Source of the DNA: Pirellula staleyi DSM 6068
GTDB taxonomy: Bacteria; Planctomycetota; Planctomycetia; Pirellulales; Pirellulaceae
Length of the DNA: 32,000 nt
Assembly: GCA_000025185.1 (NCBI GenBank)
Contig: CP001848.1
Span: 120,001 to 152,000 of the forward strand
Reading direction: 5' to 3'
In this document: piece after piece, positions 26,968 to 32,000 of the stretch
Layout of the letters: every line of letters starts with the position of its first letter
Numbering within the stretch: the stretch's first letter is position 1
Position numbers and translations under genes: made by a program
Notes under the pieces: generated by a model
The model's database searches: none
What the model was told of the DNA's origin: nothing
Seen by the model: the letters and a program-made list of their open reading frames with translations, nothing else

Positions 26968-28860
26968 CTAGATCGGGACGCCATTCCAGCGCGTGAAGGC
27001 TTCCATGGCATAGTACTCAGGAAGCCCGACCTGATTGAATCGATCAGCGGTTCCCTTGTTGCGGTCTTCAGCACGCTGCCAGAATTCGCGAGGATCGCTG
27101 CCGGGAAAGAGCGCCTCATCCTTTTGGCTTTGATGCATGAAGATTGCTTTGCGTTTCTGCAGGATATCGCCGGGCGAAAGTGGCACGGTGATCTCGATTT
27201 CGTGCAGCTCGTACTCCTGCCACGCACCACGATACAGCAGCGCTTCGGGGCGCGAGCCTTTGGCGGCTTCGATTTCGAGCAAGGCGCGGAAAATCGCCTG
27301 CGCACAAACGCGGTGGGTGCCGTGCGGATCGCTGAGATCCCCTGCAATATAAACCTGCTGCGGATCGACCTTTTCGATCAGCTCGCGAATGATGCGTGTG
27401 TCTTCGTCGCTGATCGGCTTCTTGGCAATCGTGCCGGTGTGATAGAAGGGCAAATCGAGGTTGTGAAGATGCTCTTCCTTACAGCCGACTTTGTAGGCCC
27501 CCGCTTTGGCTTCGCCCCAGCGGATCAGACCTTTGATTTTCAGAACGCAATCGATATCGGGCTGACCGGGTGTTTTTCCCTTCAGCGAATCGACCACCGC
27601 CGCTTCCACATGCTTCGAGCGTTCTTGATCGATGTTAAAGATGCGGTTGTATTCGGTCACCATATCAGCGATACGCACCGCGTCGTGATCGAACACGGCG
27701 ATGTTGCCGCTGGTCATGTAGGCGATGTGCACTTCGTGTCCATCTTCGACCAGGCGAATCAGCGTGCCACCCATGCTGATCACGTCGTCGTCGGGGTGAG
27801 GACTGAAGCAGATCACACGCTTCTTTTCCTTGCCGGCCGGGTGATAGTTGATGGTGTCCATCAGCTGCGAAAAGACCCGGTGGGCCACTTTCGGAGCGGG
27901 GCCGTGATGGCGAAGCAAATGGTGCAGGTTGTGCTGGCGGAAATCGTCGTCGGCCAGTTTCAGAAGCGATTTGCCGGTCTTATCGCAGAGCCAAATGCAG
28001 GCCCGCTTGATCATTTGATCGGTCCACTCGGTCTTGCCGAGGGCCCAAGGGGTTTCGCTCGAGGTGAGCTTGCAAGCGGCTGCGGTGTCGACGAGCACGG
28101 TGGCATCGGTGTGCTCTTGCAGGTAGGAAGCGGGAACGCGCGGCGTGACGCTTCCTTCGGTCAGTTCCTTGATGATCCCTGCTTTGTGTTCACCGAGCGC
28201 CAGGAGCAGAATCTTACGAGCTTCAAAGATGGTCCCGAGGCCCATCGTGATAGCCTGCGTCGGAACGTTCCACTCGCCAAAGAAGTCGCTCGCAGCAGCG
28301 CGACGTGTCACGGGATCGAGCGTGCACAAGCGTGTGCGGCTGTTGCGCGAGCTGAACGGCTCGTTGAAGCCGATGTGACCATTGCGGCCGATGCCGAGGA
28401 TCACAATATCGAGCCCCCCTGCCCGTTCGATCGCCGATTCGTAGTCGCGGCAGTAGTTATCGATTTCAGCGGGGGACACATCGCCCCGTGGGATGTGGAT
28501 ATTCTCGGCCGGGATATTCACGTGGCGGAAGAAGTTTTCGTTCATCCACTGGTGATAGCTTTGGAAGGCGTCGGGCGCGAGTCCGTAGTATTCATCGAGG
28601 TTGAATGTGATGACGCCCGAGAAATCGAGCCCTTCTTCGCGATGCAGACGAATCAGTTCGCGATAAACACCGGTCGGCGTGCTGCCGGTGGGGAGTCCGA
28701 GAACGGCGTTTTGACCGAGCGCGTTGCGCTCGCTGATCACACCGGCAACAATGCGTGCCACATGTCGGGCGAGATCTTCAGCCGACTCGAACACGTAGGT
28801 GGATAGATTAGTACCAGGAGCCCGGCGGGCTTTGGTCGACGCTTGCACCGAAATCGCCAT
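26968..28860 (-). CDS. nagB: bifunctional-architecture glucosamine-6-phosphate deaminase (NagB) fused to an LmbE/PIG-L-type deacetylase domain
   Basis: N-terminal half: LGLPTGSTPTGVY, ITFNLDEYYGL, ILGIGRNGHIGFNEP (NagB). C-terminal half: VICFSPHPDDDVISMGGTL and DLSDPHGTHRV (LmbE zinc-site motifs). The start is ATG 28860 (MAISVQ) or the upstream in-frame ATG 28932. Confidence 0.85.
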   Translation of the reverse strand: MAISVQASTKARRAPGTNLSTYVFESAEDLARHVARIVAGVISERNALGQNAVLGLPTGSTPTGVYRELIRLHREEGLDFSGVITFNLDEYYGLAPDAFQSYHQWMNENFFRHVNIPAENIHIPRGDVSPAEIDNYCRDYESAIERAGGLDIVILGIGRNGHIGFNEPFSSRNSRTRLCTLDPVTRRAAASDFFGEWNVPTQAITMGLGTIFEARKILLLALGEHKAGIIKELTEGSVTPRVPASYLQEHTDATVLVDTAAACKLTSSETPWALGKTEWTDQMIKRACIWLCDKTGKSLLKLADDDFRQHNLHHLLRHHGPAPKVAHRVFSQLMDTINYHPAGKEKKRVICFSPHPDDDVISMGGTLIRLVEDGHEVHIAYMTSGNIAVFDHDAVRIADMVTEYNRIFNIDQERSKHVEAAVVDSLKGKTPGQPDIDCVLKIKGLIRWGEAKAGAYKVGCKEEHLHNLDLPFYHTGTIAKKPISDEDTRIIRELIEKVDPQQVYIAGDLSDPHGTHRVCAQAIFRALLEIEAAKGSRPEALLYRGAWQEYELHEIEITVPLSPGDILQKRKAIFMHQSQKDEALFPGSDPREFWQRAEDRNKGTADRFNQVGLPEYYAMEAFTRWNGVPI

Positions 28861-28952
28861 CGAACTTTTTGCACCATTTGCGAGAAAGTAGTCTGCAACC
28901 GATGCCCGGGCGAGAGATTCGCGCCTCGGCATCCTCTCGTAAGCTCCCTAGT

Positions 28953-28994
28953 ATGACCCGAAGGCAGCGCACTGCCAATTGCTACGGGGGTCAT
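28953..28994. other. nested stem-loop ATGACCC-[..GGCAG-cgca-CTGCC..]-GGGTCAT in the nagB / PSP1 divergent region
   Basis: Outer 7-bp arms at 28953-28959 and 28988-28994; inner 5-bp hairpin at 28963-28976. It lies 21 nt upstream of the longer nagB start option. Confidence 0.2.
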
Positions 28995-29317
28995 CTGGCT
29001 CGATAAAAAAGAGGTTTTCTCGGCCACTTCTTCTCATCTAGCGTCAACCTGCTGCGTAGCACACAGGGCTCGGCCACAGCTTTCGGCTCCCCGTGCGGGC
29101 CGTTATACTTGCGGAGCTAGGAAGCACGCCTCGCCACTCCGGACGACCTCAATCGCCCTTTAGTGGCAAGCATCATTCCCGCGAGAGCCGCAGCGTGGCG
29201 GTTGGTTTTCCATAAAATCAGCCCCGTCTGCGAAACTCCTCGGGCGAGGGGCGAGCTGTTCCCAGCCCCGACTGTCTCTTCCCGAGCCTCCTCACCACCT
29301 GCGAGATTCCGATCGCC

Positions 29318-30679
29318 ATGGGTCGCTACGTTGTCCGTTATGGCGCCACGCGTGCCCTGGGAATCTTTTCGACGCGCGGCAACGATCGCGTTGGTCGTAT
29401 GGCCAAGGTGATTGCGCGCACCCATCGCGGGCTCGAGGCGGCTGATGTTCTTTGCGAAGCGACCGACGAAGTTGCCACCCGTCTGGGCGATGCGCCGGGG
29501 GGACAAATCCTGCGCGAACTCTCGGCCGATGATGCCAACGAACTTGTGCACCTCCATGCCCGGGAGCGCAAAGAATTCGAGACCTGCCAAAAGCATGTCG
29601 AGCGACTCAAGTTGCAAATGCAGCTGATCGATATCGAGCATCTGTTTGGTGGCGAACGGATTGTCGTTTATTACCTGTCGGAAGATCGGGTCGATTTTCG
29701 CGATCTTGTGAAGGCGCTCGCCTCCGAGTTTCAAACCCGCATCGAAATGCGCCAGATTGGCGTGCGCGACGAAGCCAAACTGCTGGCCGACTACGGCGAT
29801 TGTGGCAAACCCCTCTGCTGCAACACGCATCTCAGCGAGATGCCGCCGGTCTCGATGAAAATGGCCAAGGTGCAGAAGGCAACGCTCGACCCCACAAAGA
29901 TTTCGGGGCGCTGTGGTCGGCTGAAATGCTGCCTCCGCTACGAGTACGACATCTACGAAGAGCTGATGAAAGATATGCCGCCGGTCGGCAGTGAAGTGGT
30001 GACCACCACCGGCCGGGCCCGCGTGCTGGGGCAAGAGATTCTGTCGCAGCAGCTGCTGGTGCAGATGGAAGATGGCCGGCGAATCATGATTCCGCTGACC
30101 GATGTGGTGACGGTGCTCAAGGCGGGGACTGGCAAGCGGACACGCGAGCCGTTTGGTCCGCCGCAGCCCGAAGGTGACGCCCCTGCAGAAGGACGCCGCG
30201 ATCAGCGGCGCGACTCGCGTCCGCCACGTGGCGACCGAAACCAGGCCGACCGACATTCAGCACCCACTGGCGAAAGTGAACCAGCGGCGAGCGATGCGCC
30301 TCCGGCAGAATCGACCGGCGAGCGACCAGCAGGCGAGCAGCCGAGACCACAGCGTGATCAGCAGCGCTCGGGAGATCGTCGGCCTCCGCAGCGTGGCGCC
30401 TATCAGCAGCGAGATTCGCAACAGCGCGATCCGCAACAGCGCGATCCGCAGCAGCGTGGTCCACAGCAGCGCGATGGCAATCGAGACGCCAATCGCGGCG
30501 CTCGACAGCCGCGCGAATTTGCCCCGGAGCTACAGCCCTCGGCAGACATCCCCCCAGCGACGACAACTCCACCTGAATCGATGCCTCGCGCGAGCGATTC
30601 GGAGAAACCTGCGGAGCTTCCGCCATCAGCCCCTCCAGCCCCAACTCCCGAGCCTGGAGCGGAAGACAAGTCCACCTGA
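29318..30679 (+). CDS. PSP1 C-terminal-domain protein (YaaT/RicT-like) with a long disordered R/Q/D/P-rich tail
   Basis: 453 aa, ATG start. PSP1 core: RIVVYYLSEDRVDFRDLVKALASEFQTRIEMRQIGVRDEAK and the Cys cluster CGKPLCC...GRCGRLKCCLRYE. From about residue 280 onward the sequence is low complexity (PPQPEGDAPAEGRRDQRRDSRPPRGDRNQ...QQRDPQQRDP...). Confidence 0.85.
   Translation: MGRYVVRYGATRALGIFSTRGNDRVGRMAKVIARTHRGLEAADVLCEATDEVATRLGDAPGGQILRELSADDANELVHLHARERKEFETCQKHVERLKLQMQLIDIEHLFGGERIVVYYLSEDRVDFRDLVKALASEFQTRIEMRQIGVRDEAKLLADYGDCGKPLCCNTHLSEMPPVSMKMAKVQKATLDPTKISGRCGRLKCCLRYEYDIYEELMKDMPPVGSEVVTTTGRARVLGQEILSQQLLVQMEDGRRIMIPLTDVVTVLKAGTGKRTREPFGPPQPEGDAPAEGRRDQRRDSRPPRGDRNQADRHSAPTGESEPAASDAPPAESTGERPAGEQPRPQRDQQRSGDRRPPQRGAYQQRDSQQRDPQQRDPQQRGPQQRDGNRDANRGARQPREFAPELQPSADIPPATTTPPESMPRASDSEKPAELPPSAPPAPTPEPGAEDKST
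30404..30478 (+). repeat. in-frame tandem repeat, 5 x 15 bp (QQRDS/QQRDP/QQRDP/QQRGP/QQRDG)
   Basis: Units: cagcagcgagattcg, caacagcgcgatccg, caacagcgcgatccg, cagcagcgtggtcca, cagcagcgcgatggc. Units 2 and 3 are identical. Confidence 0.85.
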
Positions 30680-30856
30680 GAGGTGGCAGCTGCCACTACC
30701 CAATGAATCATGGTCCGCTGAATCGTGGTTCGGTATTGCACTGCCTGATGGTCAACAGCCTATAATTTGCGGTTTACGACGAATTTCATTCCCGATCTGT
30801 CGCGCGATCGATGTCGGTGATCGACGCCCCTCCTTCCTTCAGTTATTGCCGCTCCT

Positions 30857-31309
30857 ATGTCGCAGGAAATTCATCCGCTCGTCAAGCTGCTGTGCGAAGA
30901 TACCCGTTACAAGCTCGAGGCCTATCAATTTGTTCGCGCGGGGCTGAAATATGCCCAGGATGAGCTCGGTCTTGGAGCCGACGAACCTTCGTCCGAAGAA
31001 GAGGAAGCAGAAGCAGGAACCGAGCCGACGCTGTTTCAGCGGGGACCGGTGCGGCACGTGACCGGCCAAGATCTTTCGCGAGCGCTCAAAACATTTGCCC
31101 ACTCGCAGTATGGCTACATGGCCCGGCTGGTTCTCGCGTCGTGGGGCATTAAGAGCACCAGCGATTTTGGCGAGATTGTGTACAACCTGATCAAAATTGG
31201 CGAAATGACCAAATCGGCGCACGATCGCCGGGAAGACTTCGACGACGTCTACGATTTCCAGCAAGCACTGGAAGAAGAGTTCGAGATCACGCGCACCGCA
31301 GAAGAGTAG
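30857..31309 (+). CDS. small acidic conserved hypothetical protein (resembles the PVC-restricted Minf_1886-type family, from memory)
   Basis: 150 aa, ATG start. YKLEAYQFVRAGLKYAQDEL, then an acidic insert (SSEEEEAEAG), then RHVTGQDLSRALKTFAHSQYGYMARLVLASWGIKSTSDFGEIVYNLIKIG. The family name is recalled, not verified. Confidence 0.6.
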   Translation: MSQEIHPLVKLLCEDTRYKLEAYQFVRAGLKYAQDELGLGADEPSSEEEEAEAGTEPTLFQRGPVRHVTGQDLSRALKTFAHSQYGYMARLVLASWGIKSTSDFGEIVYNLIKIGEMTKSAHDRREDFDDVYDFQQALEEEFEITRTAEE

Positions 31310-31447
31310 CGTGGGGCCACTCCAGAAGTGGCCTGCTGCTTTGCGATGCGCTCGTTTCCGTCACGAATTAACGCAACTCCAACGTGCGTGGCTTGATCGT
31401 GTCGGTATGATGGGGTGGCAATCCACTTCTGCAGAAGGAACTTCACC

Positions 31448-32000
31448 ATGCATCCGCTCGGCTCACTCATCGCCACCGGCACCAAGCTCTACCTCGATTC
31501 GATCGATCCGCAGCTGGTGCTGCTCAATCGGAGCCTCGGAGCAAGCGGCGCCACTAGCAACCCAGTGATTGTTTCCGATCTGATCCGCACCGGAAGGTTC
31601 GATCAAGAGATTGTCGAACTCGTCAGCAGTGGGCTCTCCGACAGCGAAGTCGCTTGGAGCCTTACCGATAAACTTGTCACCAACGCCCAGCAAGTGTTTC
31701 AGCCTGTGTACGAAGCGACGAAGGCCGACGATGGCTATGTCAGCTTCGAACTCGATCCGCTGATTGAAGACCCTGCGGCCAACTTGCCCCATGCCGAGCG
31801 CGTTCGAATGTACGTCGAACTGGGGAAAAAATGGTCGGCCGGACATACCAACCGGATGATCAAAGTTCCAGCGACTCCGGCTGGCATCGAAGCGCTCGAG
31901 CCCCTCTGTGCGCTCGGCGTTTCGCTTAACGTCACTCTGATTTTCACGATGCGGCAGTACGAAGCGGCCCGCGATAGTGTGTGGCGCGGAGCGCAGCAGC
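31448..32000 (+). CDS. tal: transaldolase-family protein, N-terminal about 184 codons (continues past the window)
   Basis: Not in the track (no stop in the window). The ATG at 31448 gives [21 protein letters not shown]...GATSNPVIV...[10 protein letters not shown]...[16 protein letters not shown]...[10 protein letters not shown], with the Schiff-base Lys context KVPAT. Confidence 0.85.
   Translation, partial: MHPLGSLIATGTKLYLDSIDPQLVLLNRSLGASGATSNPVIVSDLIRTGRFDQEIVELVSSGLSDSEVAWSLTDKLVTNAQQVFQPVYEATKADDGYVSFELDPLIEDPAANLPHAERVRMYVELGKKWSAGHTNRMIKVPATPAGIEALEPLCALGVSLNVTLIFTMRQYEAARDSVWRGAQQ

Noticed and set aside
28951-28994. GACCCGAAGGCAGCGC looked superficially like the SRP RNA domain IV motif (GUCCGGAAGGAAGCAGCC).
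   Set aside because: The conserved GGAA tetraloop, the AGCA symmetric-loop context and the flanking long helix are absent. Only a short partial similarity remains.

Overview
This is a high-GC chromosomal segment, roughly 58% GC by eye. Its gene content and sequence idioms look planctomycete (Pirellulales-like): a tail-anchored Ser/Thr kinase, a repeat protein opening with ...NLEARSMMAG..., and GC-rich intergenic hairpins that translate as ...GKMPVAP.... That taxonomic call is an inference. I can support 25 protein-coding genes, almost all housekeeping. Left to right they are: glyA (partial), a Ser/Thr kinase, then a minus-strand run (a/b-hydrolase, TrmH-family methyltransferase, cdsA, uppS, purA, an EF-hand lipoprotein). 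Next come a polyprenyl-phosphate sugar transferase (+), a minus-strand run (alkyltransferase-like ATL, a GxGDD repeat protein, uvrC, a phosphosugar mutase), and a plus-strand run (floA, a P/Q-rich hypothetical, a beta-hydroxyacid dehydrogenase, a small TM/coiled-coil protein). The last minus-strand run is dgkA, an lptD-like gene, a GT-C glycosyltransferase, ppk2 and a nagB-LmbE fusion, followed on the plus strand by a PSP1/RicT-like gene, a small acidic protein and a partial transaldolase. I saw no rRNA, tRNA, CRISPR array, transposase, integrase or recognisable defence genes. I do not find a convincing new multi-gene system; the window reads as core genome. The observations most worth a second look are listed here. 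(1) A perfect 24-nt inverted repeat plus a related pyrimidine-rich module brackets uvrC, with two more CACTGG-armed hairpins in the uvrC leader. (2) This uvrC keeps both nuclease domains but ends where the (HhH)2 domain should begin, and it may carry an acidic N-terminal extension. (3) An ATL gene (PWHRV instead of PCHRV) lies on the same strand near uvrC. (4) CdsA deviates at two normally invariant signature residues. (5) There are two putative Ca-binding exported proteins, one with 11 EF-hand loops and one with 9 GxGDD repeats and no classical signal peptide. (6) Fusion or tail architectures occur in NagB-LmbE and in the PSP1 protein, whose tail includes a 5 x 15-bp in-frame tandem repeat. 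All functional calls rest on motif recognition by eye; no database search was possible.
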